Origin: an uncultured Candidatus Berkelbacteria bacterium
GTDB lineage: Bacteria; Patescibacteriota; UBA1384; XYA2-FULL-43-10; CAINNR01
DNA length: 54,863 bases
Direction of reading: 5' to 3'
Assembly (NCBI GenBank): GCA_903851235.1
Contig: CAINNR010000028.1
Span: 1-54,863 of the forward strand
Shown: in pieces, positions 1-9,712 of the stretch
How positions within the stretch are numbered: position 1 is the stretch's first letter
Layout of the letters: every line of letters starts with the position of its first letter
Notes under the pieces: generated by a model
What the model saw: only the letters and a program-made list of their open reading frames with translations
The model's database searches: none
Told to the model about the DNA's origin: nothing
Translations under genes and position numbers: made by a program

Positions 1-140
1 ATACTTTTTAACCTTGTTTGAACCACATCTCTGACAGTTTTTTTAGCCATGATTACAATTCCTTGTAGATAAATACTTAATTATCATTTACAGGATATGA
101 TAATCAGCTACTTTTAGCAACAATTTTTTGCAATTAAGCC
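1..140 (-). mobile_element. Partial IS copy: inner end plus 5 end of a transposase gene, in inverted orientation relative to the copy at 54577..54863. Transposase ATG rc at 48-50, reading leftwards out of the window.
   Basis: 1..140 is the reverse complement of 54577..54716 with one substitution. Translation gives MAKK then, after a +1 shift in an A7/T7 run, NCQRCGSNKVKQYGKSLGKQRYTCLECGKFYQ, an InsA/IS1595-type zinc ribbon. Confidence 0.6.
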
Positions 141-2250
141 ACATATCCCAGTTTTTTGGTTTGGTTGTCAGCTCTTCATCGACTCGATCAGAGGTTATAG
201 GAATTTGAGAGAGATCATATAAGCCATTTTCCAACAATATCTGAGCCGGCGACATCGGCAGAAACGGTAGGAAAAAAGATGCACCGGCTGCTGAGAGCAT
301 TTCACCAAAATTGGAGCCAGCCCCCATTAATATGTATTTCAGAGTATTAACAAAAGTTCGGCGTCCCTCTTCGATACCAGAAACTATTACTCCGAGGTCT
401 TTTCGAAGTAAAACCACTTGGGCTGCATCCTTGGCCACATCAACGGCCGTATTAACGGAGATACCTACATCAGCACAATGGAGTGAAGGCACATCATTAA
501 CACCATCACCGATAAAACCGACAGTATGACCGTTATCTCTCAGTGTTTTTAATATTAAGAGTTTTTGTTCCGGCGATATGCGGGCAAAAACATTGATTTC
601 ATTTACAGTTTTTGCCAATTCAACGTGGGAAAGTCGTGCCAATTTTTCACCCGTAATTACTCCAGTGACTTTCATACCTACTTCTTTGCATACGGCTTCG
701 GCAACAATCTCATTGTCACCGGTTATTACCTTGATTCCAACACCCAGCAGATTAAAACGGTCAAGAGCCGACTTGACCGAGGCTTTAGGAATATCGGACA
801 GAATTATAAAACCCCTAAAAGTAAGATCTTTCAAATCATCAAAACTGTATCTGTCCTGCAACTTGATTTCCCGTGTTGCCAACGCAATGACCCGAAGTCC
901 TTGTTTGCTTAATTCAGTAAAACGCTCATTAACTTTTTTTTCAGCCAAATGGCTTTCCATGCATTTTTTGATAATCTTCTCTGGCGCTCCTTTGACAATC
1001 AGAAGTGGTTTTCCGCCCGGTTTTTTGACAACCGAATACATAACTTGAGTTTCAAAATTAAATGGCTCTTCAAAGATTTTCTGCCAAGCAGGAGCTTTTA
1101 TCTTCTCTTTAATGGCATGTTGACAGAGCGCCACATCAATTGAATTACCGGTAATCTTGTGGCGAACTAAAGCACTATTGCAAAGCAGAGCAAGTTCCAA
1201 AAGGTGCGCATCATCCTTTCCAGCCAAATCAAAGTGACCGATAACTTTGATTGATCCTTCAGTTAAAGTTCCGGTTTTGTCGGTGCAGAGAATATCCATA
1301 TTGCCTAAGTTTTCAATTGCCACAAGTTGTTTTGTGATCACCTCTTTCTTAGCCATTTTTTTTGCACCACGGGACAACCCGACTGTCACTATGATAGGTA
1401 AGAGTTCCGGCGTCAAGCCGACCGCAATAGCCAAAGAGAAAAGGAGAGAGGTAAGCCACTGGTGTCCCAAAAAGGCGTTAACAAGGAAAACAATGATTGT
1501 GAGAACAATAATTGTTTTAACAATTAATACGCCGAAACTGCCGAGTCCTTGCTGAAATTTTGTAACCGGCCTAGCGGTAGCCACACTCTTGGCAATTTTG
1601 CCAAACTCAGTGTCTTGCCCAATCGCAACAACCATACCAATTCCCGATCCTTCTGTTACTGCCGTTCCCATAAAAGCCAAATTGAGTAATTTAGTGATCT
1701 CCTGTTCTTTACGGAGTAGGGGGTCTGAATTTTTGAAGAGTGGAAGAGATTCGCCAGTAAGGGCAGACTCATTGATCTCTAAATTTTCCGTTTGGATCAA
1801 TCTTAAGTCGGCGGGCACAATACTTCCAGGTGAAAGTAAAACAATATCACCAAGAGTTAACTTGGATACCAGAATTTCTCTCTTATCGCCATTTCGCAGT
1901 ACTAAAGCGGTCAAAGATATTTTTGCCAAAAGCGCTTCGACTGTTTTTTCAGCTGAATATTCATTCCAAAACCCCAAAAAAAGACTAAGTATGACCATAC
2001 TGATTACATAGTATGCCGTGTTGTGGTCTCCAGTGAAAAAAGAAACAGCGGCAGCGACAGACAAAATTAGGGCAAGGGGATTGCCAGAAATCTGTCGCCA
2101 AAAGATCAGAAAAACAGTAGGCCGATAATCTTTTAATTGATTTCGGCCATATTGTTTATTTCTCTGAGTCGCTTCAGTCTCCGAGAGTCCTTCTAACCGA
2201 CTTTTACCTTTTTGTAGAACTTCCTCGTTAGCAATTGTCGAATATTCCAT
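88..2250 (-). CDS. P-type cation-transporting ATPase (P2-type, Ca2+/Mg2+-like). It is 3-truncated: only about 137 aa follow the GDGVNDVPSL motif, so TM7-10 are missing. The last ~17 codons and the stop lie inside the IS-derived repeat, so this is probably a pseudogene.
   Basis: Motifs DKTGTLT (phosphorylation site), TGDN and GDGVNDVPSL are present. The product is 720 aa against roughly 880-900 aa for intact homologues. The ORF runs into the terminal IS copy at 1..140. Confidence 0.75.
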   Translation of the reverse strand: MEYSTIANEEVLQKGKSRLEGLSETEATQRNKQYGRNQLKDYRPTVFLIFWRQISGNPLALILSVAAAVSFFTGDHNTAYYVISMVILSLFLGFWNEYSAEKTVEALLAKISLTALVLRNGDKREILVSKLTLGDIVLLSPGSIVPADLRLIQTENLEINESALTGESLPLFKNSDPLLRKEQEITKLLNLAFMGTAVTEGSGIGMVVAIGQDTEFGKIAKSVATARPVTKFQQGLGSFGVLIVKTIIVLTIIVFLVNAFLGHQWLTSLLFSLAIAVGLTPELLPIIVTVGLSRGAKKMAKKEVITKQLVAIENLGNMDILCTDKTGTLTEGSIKVIGHFDLAGKDDAHLLELALLCNSALVRHKITGNSIDVALCQHAIKEKIKAPAWQKIFEEPFNFETQVMYSVVKKPGGKPLLIVKGAPEKIIKKCMESHLAEKKVNERFTELSKQGLRVIALATREIKLQDRYSFDDLKDLTFRGFIILSDIPKASVKSALDRFNLLGVGIKVITGDNEIVAEAVCKEVGMKVTGVITGEKLARLSHVELAKTVNEINVFARISPEQKLLILKTLRDNGHTVGFIGDGVNDVPSLHCADVGISVNTAVDVAKDAAQVVLLRKDLGVIVSGIEEGRRTFVNTLKYILMGAGSNFGEMLSAAGASFFLPFLPMSPAQILLENGLYDLSQIPITSDRVDEELTTKPKNWDMWLNCKKLLLKVADYHIL

Positions 2251-2369
2251 GCCATAATTGTAACATTATAGAGATATTTTATAAAATAGATGTCCGTTCC
2301 AGATTTGGCCCCTAAACGGTCTAAAACCTTATCGCCAAAACATTCTTCCTAATAGCAACTCCCGAATAG

Positions 2370-3380
2370 TTAATTTAATTCAAGTCTTGAGAAAAAATAA
2401 AAGCCGGGGAAAAGTGGAAGCCAGTACAATAGGGCCCGAAAAGCCAGTGTGATAACAGCAGCCACAGGGACCTCCAGCCCAAATGAATGAAGGGTGGCTA
2501 TTATTACTGCCTCTGCCACACCAACACCTTGAGGTGTTATCGAAATAATCGTCAGAAGCAAACCTGCGACATAGCCAGCCAATATTGCCAAAATATTTAG
2601 TTGTCCGGTGAAAGCGAGAAATATAAAGGCAAATGTAGCAATATTTACTATGTGAGTAATGAAACCGCAATATAATGATGGTAATACTTTATCTTTATTA
2701 TTCTTTAAATCTTTCCCGATTACTTTAATAATATCGGCTATTACTGCCATATCAATGGAGCCCTGGCCTGCTAATTTCGCAATTAACCGAATCGGCCAGA
2801 GAAGTACTTTATTCTGTAACTTGCCGCCTGAACGGGTTATTCTTAAAACAAGCAAAGCCAAAACCAACAAGAAGACCGTCAGCAACATTAGGGGAATGAA
2901 AAGATAAGCTCTTGATTGATGAAAGGCAAAAAGGACTAAAATTATGATCCATGATAGTAAGACGAAGGAAAGAAGTTCAAACAGCAGAACAAGGGTAACG
3001 CTAATTCCGCTGCCTAAGGCAGATACATTTTTCTTTTTACCGTATTTTACAAAAATGGCAATCATGCCTAATGTAGAGATTGGGAGGGCTATATCTGTAA
3101 ACTTGGATGCAATGTAAATTGGAAGAATTTCCTTTCTACTTAGATCAATCTTAAAAATTTCAAAGATGTTTTCTGCAAAATATGCGTAAAACGGATAATA
3201 AAATAATTGGCACAAAACTGCCAGAATGATCCAGTACCATCTTCCAGCCGAAAGCACCTCCAAGATATGTTTGGTTTGGGCAAAGTATGTAACCGCAATC
3301 CAAAAAAATACTGCAAAGAAAATCCAAAAAAATAATTTACTAGTTGAAACTTTGTTTTTCATCACTTTTTTTCCAATCAT
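2370..3380 (-). CDS. Polytopic integral membrane protein (UPF0104 / lysyl-phosphatidylglycerol-synthase-TM-like flippase-type fold suspected).
   Basis: 336 aa with about 8 predicted TM helices and no soluble domain. The family call is tentative. Confidence 0.4.
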   Translation of the reverse strand: MIGKKVMKNKVSTSKLFFWIFFAVFFWIAVTYFAQTKHILEVLSAGRWYWIILAVLCQLFYYPFYAYFAENIFEIFKIDLSRKEILPIYIASKFTDIALPISTLGMIAIFVKYGKKKNVSALGSGISVTLVLLFELLSFVLLSWIIILVLFAFHQSRAYLFIPLMLLTVFLLVLALLVLRITRSGGKLQNKVLLWPIRLIAKLAGQGSIDMAVIADIIKVIGKDLKNNKDKVLPSLYCGFITHIVNIATFAFIFLAFTGQLNILAILAGYVAGLLLTIISITPQGVGVAEAVIIATLHSFGLEVPVAAVITLAFRALLYWLPLFPGFYFFSRLELN

Positions 3381-3669
3381 TAATTGCTATCGTTTATATT
3401 ATATCATTGATGAATATTAAGTTAACTACCTTTAACAGATCCAAAGAAAAAACGCCGTTTTCACAGAGTTTTTCTTGGCTTCATATAGTAGAGGATGTCA
3501 GAACCATTCATTGTTCAGCTATTGTATAATTTATGACATTGTGCCATCATGTAGGCAGCAATGCGCTTTATCCTTATTCGGTGGTGGCTGAGCTTGACGA
3601 TTTCGATCGTCTGGACAAATACTGCCACCGAAGCCAATAAGCTTGCGGGTGAGCAAACAAGGGGAGACA

Positions 3670-3957
3670 ATGATGTCCAAATCTTCTGGTTCGCGTAGCT
3701 GGAAAAACTCTTTGATTCTCTTAGTTAAGGTGATCGTGACGTTTGCTTGTGGAATAGCAACGCTGTTTATCCCTCTTTCCCTAAAAGACGAGGGTATGGT
3801 CTGGTATCAGTCCGGACAGGGTCCTAATGCACAAGAATGGGTTCTTGGTCAGGGTGCTACCCCAAATACCACCTGTCATTTGGTGTTGCTATTAGGGGTC
3901 CCTTTAGTGGTTGGTATTATCTTGTTCCTTATCATAAAACAACCTGAAGACGATTAG
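3670..3957 (+). CDS. Small membrane protein (2 TM), hypothetical.
   Basis: ATG preceded by AGGGGAGA RBS. Two hydrophobic helices. A terminator hairpin follows at 4022..4056. Confidence 0.4.
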   Translation: MMSKSSGSRSWKNSLILLVKVIVTFACGIATLFIPLSLKDEGMVWYQSGQGPNAQEWVLGQGATPNTTCHLVLLLGVPLVVGIILFLIIKQPEDD

Positions 3958-4021
3958 AAGAACCTTAACTGTTATGTGAATATCAATGAACTTTGGGTGC
4001 AATGTCTGCCAACGCCAACAA

Positions 4022-4056
4022 GGCCTCGAACATATTGTCCGAGGCCCTCTTTTATT
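4022..4056 (+). terminator. Rho-independent terminator.
   Basis: GGCCTCG ... CGAGGCC stem followed by CTCTTTTATT. Confidence 0.45.
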
Positions 4057-4262
4057 AAAAATGGTCCAGCCTTGTTTTCAGTGATTAAAAAAAGACTGCC
4101 TTCAGGCTAATCTTTTTTATTACGACTCTGGACAGTAGCAGAAGTTCGAACTGGAATTACATAACAAAATTGAAATATTGTTGGTTCGTTTGGTTTAATT
4201 TATTGAAAAAAATATAATGTTGCAATTCAGAACTTTTAGTTTAAATGCAAACGGCTACCGGG

Positions 4263-5117
4263 TTATTTATTTTGAACACTAAAATCAATATCCTTGGTAT
4301 AATCAATCGTTCCGGCATGAGTGCCAATTGCATGCTCTGATGCCCGAGAAATATATTCCTTAATTTTCTCTTGCCTTTGCTCAGTAGTTAAATTCTGATT
4401 ATTTATTGCTGGTCCGCCTATACAGCCGCCAGGACAGTTAAGAAAATCGAAGAATCGATGTATATTCTCCCCCGACTCCATTAGATCAAGTTCGGTTTTG
4501 AGATTATTAATACTATCAACAATCATCACCTCTCCTTTTTGAAAAAGCCTCTGAATGTGGGATGTCCCAGCAAGTCCGCCAGAAACAGGATAGATTTTTG
4601 TGTATTCTCTTACAAATGAATCAAAGAAATATTTGCGGTTAAAATCCTCCTCTTTAATCTCCTGATTTTCAAATAATAATTTGAGCTCCTTTAATGTGAT
4701 AACGCCATCTATAAACGCTGGGTATTTTGGCGCCTCTATTTTTTGTTTAGCAAAACAGGGCGATATAAAAAATACTTTATAGTCGGGGTGATGTTTTTTA
4801 TTAATCTTTGCCATTGCAACCATCGGAGAAACGACGGGAATTAAATATTTAACCAAATCGGGATATGAGTTTTCGATCATCGTGACGCAAATGGGGCAGG
4901 GGGAAGAAATGAAATACCTCTGTTTTGGATGATTCTTAATATATTCTACATAATGCCAGTTTACGATTCGGGCGCCAAAAGTTAATTCTGTCACTTTATT
5001 AAATCCCAATTCACGAAGCATTCCAATAATGGCTGGATACTTAAAATCAAGTATAAAAGTCGGTGCCAACATGGCAATTGATTTATTGTCTCTGACTAAA
5101 CTAATTTGATCTTCCAT
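4263..5117 (-). CDS. [FeFe]-hydrogenase large-subunit C-terminal (H-cluster) domain homologue. It is a stand-alone minimal form with no ferredoxin-like F-cluster domains, and its N-terminus is shorter than a full H-domain.
   Basis: Aligns motif-by-motif with the Clostridium CpI H-domain. L1 TSCCPGW corresponds to SSPCPIC, with the first Cys replaced by Pro and the cluster Cys kept. L2 MPCxxKxxE corresponds to SPCFAKQKIE. L3 MACxGGCxxGGGQP corresponds to NCPGGCIGGP. Flanking segments also match: LRELGFNKV, SPMVAMAKI, IDGVITLKEL. Confidence 0.7.
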   Translation of the reverse strand: MEDQISLVRDNKSIAMLAPTFILDFKYPAIIGMLRELGFNKVTELTFGARIVNWHYVEYIKNHPKQRYFISSPCPICVTMIENSYPDLVKYLIPVVSPMVAMAKINKKHHPDYKVFFISPCFAKQKIEAPKYPAFIDGVITLKELKLLFENQEIKEEDFNRKYFFDSFVREYTKIYPVSGGLAGTSHIQRLFQKGEVMIVDSINNLKTELDLMESGENIHRFFDFLNCPGGCIGGPAINNQNLTTEQRQEKIKEYISRASEHAIGTHAGTIDYTKDIDFSVQNK

Positions 5118-5127
5118 GTTTGTATTG

Positions 5128-5161
5128 TATCAAAATAAATAGACTGGTTCGAGTCCAGTCT
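5128..5161 (-). terminator. Rho-independent terminator downstream of the GC-rich phosphatase gene.
   Basis: AGACTGG TTCGAGT CCAGTCT hairpin followed on the minus strand by a T-rich tract (rc of caaaataaat). Confidence 0.4.
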
Positions 5162-5328
5162 GGGTAATACAAAAAATATCTAATCATGGACTAGATATTC
5201 TCTTGGTTCCCTGTAGTAGAGAGAGTTAGAATTTTATTTACCCTTTCGTCGTAATTTTCAACGACTCATCAGAACACTTATGTGTTTAGGGGAAGGACGA
5301 ACAGTTGATGCCCGTCCCCTTGTTTGGC

Positions 5329-6114
5329 CTAATACAGCCGCTGATTGTAACGGCTGAGTTGCAACCGCCCGTTATCGCCCACACTCGGATCGCCCTCAAA
5401 GAGTGTCAGCCCGCAGTTGATGGGCTTCGCCACGTTGTCGTAACGGATGAACTCATGCTGGTCCCAGCGCATGACGGCAGCCATGAATGAGAGGAGTGTG
5501 AGATGGTGGGACACGACCATGACACGCCGTTCCGAGTAGTCACGCACTAGCGTACCGATGAAGGAGCGCAAGCGCTCGATAACATCCGGCACGCTTTCTC
5601 CTTGAGGGTAACGATAGTAGTAGGGACCCTCCATGTCCCGAAGCATCTTCTGCTCGGGGTGGAAGGTTTGGAAAACCCTCCAGTCGTTGTAGACAAGAGC
5701 CAGGCCGTGTTCTTGCTCTCGCAGGCGCACTTCTTCGATCACCGGTACGTCCTTGAGCGCGGGCCACCCCTGGTAGAAACCCTCGAGTGTCAGCTTTGTT
5801 CGCCGGTGGGGCGAGACGAAGATGAATTCAGGCGGCTCCAATGTTTCCTTCAGTCCGTAGCCGACAGAGTTGGATTGCCTATGGCCCTCATCGGAGAGAT
5901 CGGTGTCGTGATCACCCACACCCAATGAGTATTTATCCCAGATTATCTTGGCCAGCCTTCTCGTCTCCTCGCTAAGAAAGTCGGCCTCGAATGCAGCGAC
6001 GAAGGCGGTATAGTCTGGGTCTCTGTCCTTGAGGATCTTCAAGTTGTTGTACGCCGACATAGCGTGGCGAAGCCACGCTAGATACTTGGGCCACTTCATA
6101 ACTCTTCTCCTCAA
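5329..6114 (-). CDS. Histidine phosphatase superfamily protein (phosphoglycerate-mutase-like branch), encoded in an anomalously GC-rich segment (~57%).
   Basis: LSDEGHRQS and SPHRRTKLT motifs near the N-terminus and a VSHHLTL motif later. GC is far above the flanking ~38-40%. The shadow ORFs on the opposite strand are typical of high-GC DNA. Confidence 0.6.
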   Translation of the reverse strand: MRRRVMKWPKYLAWLRHAMSAYNNLKILKDRDPDYTAFVAAFEADFLSEETRRLAKIIWDKYSLGVGDHDTDLSDEGHRQSNSVGYGLKETLEPPEFIFVSPHRRTKLTLEGFYQGWPALKDVPVIEEVRLREQEHGLALVYNDWRVFQTFHPEQKMLRDMEGPYYYRYPQGESVPDVIERLRSFIGTLVRDYSERRVMVVSHHLTLLSFMAAVMRWDQHEFIRYDNVAKPINCGLTLFEGDPSVGDNGRLQLSRYNQRLY

Positions 6115-6577
6115 TCGAATATTCTCAGTATCACTGATCTGTTCTTATAATATCATATTTTGGTTATTTGTAAAGGGTTTAGGGTAATGTTTCAATAATT
6201 TTGAAACACTTCACCAGTTCGAACGCCTACTCTCGATATAATAAAAAAGCAAGAACTAGACTTGCTTTTTTATTTGGCTCCCCTTGGCTGATACTTTCCA
6301 AAACAAATATTATCACGAAATAATGGAACTTAGTAATGAATTGAAGATTTTGAAAAATGAATTCAACTTTGCAAATGTCTCAATATAAATTATTGAACTC
6401 CAATTATTTTTTAACCTCTCTCATTAAGTATTTTTTCAATTCTTCTAAATAACGGGTAAATTTCTGCCGATCTTTGGGTCGTTCTGTTTTGTTACCGAGT
6501 TCTTTCCTACGCTCAATCAAATCCAAGTGGATACTTTGCTTTTCTAAAATAAAAAAATAAACAAGTCTAAAACCGCC

Positions 6578-7279
6578 TTACTTCTGCTTTTTTAGAACGA
6601 CAACATAGAAGCGCCTGTCTATTTCTTTGACAGCTTTGATTTCATTTGATTGATCGACTGAAAAACCACTTTCCTGGCCAACTTCGCATAGTAAATCAGG
6701 TTTTACAAATTTGTTTCTGGTATCAGCGTGGTTTATCGCCTTCAATTGATATTCCATAAAACGAGCAACTTCATCATCTGTTACTGAATCTGGGTAGTAG
6801 TAGTCTCCGATAATTATTTTACCCTCCGGGGTTAAAATAGCTGCCATTCTCTCGAAAAAATGTCTCAGATATTCTCGCTGATTGTCTGGCGTATTAATTT
6901 CGTGCAAGGTAGCATTAATAAGTACAACATCAATTGCATCTCCGGTATAACCTTCAATAAATTCATTGGCATCGGCTAGCACAATTCCCACTGCCAGATT
7001 TTCAAATTTTTTTACCCTAAGCTCTTCGAGGGCTTCTTCATCTGTATCTACGCATTCCACATCAAGCGGGCTATCTAGTGTGTCAAGAAAATCTTCCAGG
7101 TTGCCCTTATTAGCTCCCAAATCCAAAACCCGTTGACCAGGTAGGACAGCATCTTTTAGTACACCTTTTATTTCATTATAAGGAGCGTCGAAGAATGTCT
7201 CAAATTTCGAGCCCTTGCTAACAATGGGAGCATCAACACCCTCCGGGGTTGGCTCGTCTACCTGGTCTCCGTCTATCAT
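6578..7279 (-). CDS. Class I SAM-dependent methyltransferase.
   Basis: Motif I VLDLGANKGN, an acidic residue at the end of beta2 (VECVDTDE), and VVLINATLHE post-motif. Confidence 0.65.
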   Translation of the reverse strand: MIDGDQVDEPTPEGVDAPIVSKGSKFETFFDAPYNEIKGVLKDAVLPGQRVLDLGANKGNLEDFLDTLDSPLDVECVDTDEEALEELRVKKFENLAVGIVLADANEFIEGYTGDAIDVVLINATLHEINTPDNQREYLRHFFERMAAILTPEGKIIIGDYYYPDSVTDDEVARFMEYQLKAINHADTRNKFVKPDLLCEVGQESGFSVDQSNEIKAVKEIDRRFYVVVLKKQK

Positions 7280-7735
7280 AGTAATTTTTCCTATGGGTTA
7301 AACTGAACAAGTTTTCCATCTTTAACTATCTTCGGAGAATTACACCTGAACAATATGACAAATATGTAATTAAGGCCAAAGACAAACAATTCGATTTAAA
7401 CTCGCAATTAAAAGATCATATTAAAACAGACAAAACATTCTTATTGACCGTTTCTACTATTATGGACCTGGAAAATCGAGCACCGGAACTATATAAAAAT
7501 TTGAAAGATGATCAAAAACGAAGGCTTGTTGACTTTCTACTTTCGAACTTACGACTGAAAGGAAAAAAGTTTCTCTGGGATTACAAAAAGTCTTTCAACA
7601 CTATAGCTCTTTGTGCTACTCGTCAAGATTGACTCCCAATACTGAGTTTATCAGGAATTTATTGGAAGATTTTGCTTATTGCGCCCGGATGAAACAACTG
7701 ATAATATCTCAATTAATAATTTTGGTTAGTCATCT

Positions 7736-8827
7736 TTAGCGGAAATCGGCGGTATAATAATTTCCGGCAATGCCAATGCCGAAGGTGTTAAAATCGCTCT
7801 CAAGCATAATTGTATTGTGTGGCGGGCTGTTTTTCCAGCCGTTAAATGCTCCGTTTGGACCGGATGAGCCCGTGTAAATTATTTCGCCAGAACAGGTTGT
7901 ACCAACGACAGCGCAACGATTCCAAGGGAGGGATCTGTTTTCTCCAGTGTGACTGAAAATACCAGTTGATGACATCCAGTTTGAATGATTAGCCGCGGCC
8001 CTGCTGATCAGCGGGTCAAGAGATAATTTTGTCAAACCGTTACTTTGGCGATAATTGTTTATTAAATCTGAAAGTTCGATCACCGCCTGACTGTAATTTG
8101 TCGTTGTCGCGCCGCCGCCAGAATCACCACCGGATGGGATGCCACCAGTTGAGCCCATTGAGCCGGTAACTATTTTTTCTAAGTTCAAGTTAACGGTTGT
8201 TTGTTTTTGGCTGATAATGCTAACATTTGTCTTCGCCGCCGATTTATAACCGCTAGCACTAACCGACAGATTATAAATTCCGGCGGCAATACGGAAGGTG
8301 TAATTGCCGGTGACATCGGCTTGAGTGCTGGCAGCGGTATTTTTATCAACCGATAAAGTTAAATTGACGGCAACCTTACAACTAGTACCGGCGCAACTGA
8401 TTTTCCCAAGCAAATCACCTTTTAGCGCCTCCTCGGCTTTTTGCTGTTTATCCGCCAGATACTTAGCGTAGAGTTCATCGAGAGTGGAATTCGCTTCGCC
8501 AATTAAATTATTTGCTAGCGAATAATCTTTGGCCGAGTAAATCGCTTGGTAAATTTTATCTGATTTCTCTTGGACTGCCGTCACATCCATACCGAGTGTT
8601 TGATAAGCAGTTTTTCTCTTCTCCAACTCCTCAAAGGCCGATACCGATCTAAGCGACCGTTCTTGCAAAAGAGCATTTTTTTCAGATTGCCGGTGGATAC
8701 TTATAACTATCAAAACGGTAGTCAAGGAAATTGCGAATAGAAAACCATAAACTATTACTCTAAATAGATTATGCCGAGTCCATTTTTTAATTTTAACGAA
8801 AGTATCTTTGATTCCTTGTCCCCTCAT
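7736..8827 (-). CDS. Membrane-anchored secreted protein with a coiled coil, a carboxypeptidase-regulatory-like beta-sandwich and a C-terminal CAP/SCP (PR-1-like) domain.
   Basis: N-terminal TM (FRVIVYGFLFAISLTTVLIVI). A GNYTFRIAAGIYNLSVSASGYK beta-sandwich signature. C-terminal NNYRQSNGLTKLSLDPLISRAAANHSNWM...FSHTG is typical of the CAP domain. Confidence 0.6.
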   Translation of the reverse strand: MRGQGIKDTFVKIKKWTRHNLFRVIVYGFLFAISLTTVLIVISIHRQSEKNALLQERSLRSVSAFEELEKRKTAYQTLGMDVTAVQEKSDKIYQAIYSAKDYSLANNLIGEANSTLDELYAKYLADKQQKAEEALKGDLLGKISCAGTSCKVAVNLTLSVDKNTAASTQADVTGNYTFRIAAGIYNLSVSASGYKSAAKTNVSIISQKQTTVNLNLEKIVTGSMGSTGGIPSGGDSGGGATTTNYSQAVIELSDLINNYRQSNGLTKLSLDPLISRAAANHSNWMSSTGIFSHTGENRSLPWNRCAVVGTTCSGEIIYTGSSGPNGAFNGWKNSPPHNTIMLESDFNTFGIGIAGNYYTADFR

Positions 8828-9228
8828 TAGATTTTCAAATTAAGATAGTTGATTGAGTCGCATTTAAGCCCTGAAACCGAACTAACAGGATATAGCAAAT
8901 CTTTGCCAGCCAAATTTTCACTAGCTGTGATGTCCCAATTGCCGGAAGGTAAACCGTTTTCAACAATAAAATGATATTTTCCCTCAATAGGGTTGCTTTC
9001 GGCCAATGTCTTGCCGCCAGCGGTGAGAAAAAGTTTTAGGTTACTATTTGTTTCAATGTGAGTCAATTTAATTTCTCCGCTAATATCAATTTTGCAGGTT
9101 TGTGTTGGTTTTGGAAACAATTCATCAGCACCGATAAAGATTTTTGATAAACGGAAATAAAAAATTCCCGCTACCAGCAAAAGTAAGAAAACCGAGATTG
9201 CAAAATAAATAATTGATTTTCGATTCAT
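8827..9228 (-). CDS. Exported hypothetical protein (N-terminal TM/signal anchor), co-transcribed with the CAP-domain gene.
   Basis: Start overlaps the stop of the downstream gene. Hydrophobic N-terminus IIYFAISVFLLLLVAGIFYF. Confidence 0.45.
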   Translation of the reverse strand: MNRKSIIYFAISVFLLLLVAGIFYFRLSKIFIGADELFPKPTQTCKIDISGEIKLTHIETNSNLKLFLTAGGKTLAESNPIEGKYHFIVENGLPSGNWDITASENLAGKDLLYPVSSVSGLKCDSINYLNLKI

Positions 9229-9486
9229 CTTATTTCATATAATAGTGCTAATTTGTAAAAATTTCAACAAAAAAAGTGACCAACAGAAATTAATCACTTT
9301 TTAATGGCTCCCTGGGCTGGACATATGAACCGGTTTTAAAAACCCACGGTTTTTAATATTTTCCTACATGGAAAACTCTCGCCCACAGGGTCACCTTCGG
9401 AAGATTTCTCGACCCCTTCCGCGGTTCTTGTCCAACCATCAAAAACAAACGAAAAAAGCCGGAGAAAAATCTCCCGCTCTTTTCGT

Positions 9487-9561
9487 TGGCTCCCCGGGTC
9501 CGACTCGAACGGACAACATCTTCGTTAACAGCGAAGCGCTCTGCCATTGAGCTACCGGGGA
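9487..9561 (-). tRNA. tRNA-Asn (anticodon GTT).
   Basis: Cloverleaf on the minus strand: acceptor TCCCCGG/CCGGGGA, D-arm GCTCAATGGCAGAGC, anticodon stem CTTCG/CGAAG with loop CTGTTAA, T-arm GTCCG TTCGAGT CGGAC, discriminator G plus CCA. Confidence 0.85.
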
Positions 9562-9712
9562 ATAAATTGTTTTTACATAGAAATGATATCAAATAACTAT
9601 CTCTCTGTAAAGCTGAAATTGTGGGTTGGCATTAATAAATTTTATTCCAATCATCTTTTCGTGTTATACTATTATTGTAAATTATTTAGAGCTAACTCAG
9701 CGAGGGGAGAAG

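Noticed and set aside
5141-5161. tRNA T-arm-like hairpin GACTGG-TTCGAGT-CCAGTC suggested a tRNA fragment or att site beside the GC-rich islet.
   Set aside because: There is no D-arm, anticodon arm or acceptor pairing upstream. On the minus strand the hairpin is followed by a T-rich tract and lies ~160 nt after the phosphatase stop, so it fits a terminator.
5305-5928. ORFs 5305..5490(+), 5540..5767(-) and 5602..5928(+) inside or overlapping the histidine-phosphatase gene.
   Set aside because: Shadow ORFs of a GC-rich gene. The phosphatase ORF has recognisable family motifs and the others do not.
6115-6577. A ~41-codon minus-strand ORF (LDLIERRKELGNKTERPKDRQKFTRYLEELKKYLMREVKK) and a bidirectional hairpin at 6243-6275 in the 460-bp spacer.
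   Set aside because: The ORF has only a TTG start and no recognisable domain or RBS. The hairpin is a generic A-run/stem/T-run terminator, and nothing further could be supported.
9353-9592. ORFs 9353..9592(-), 9368..9550(+) and 29851..30090(+) overlapping tRNA genes.
   Set aside because: They overlap clear tRNA cloverleaves (Asn, CAT) and have no coding features. They are spurious.
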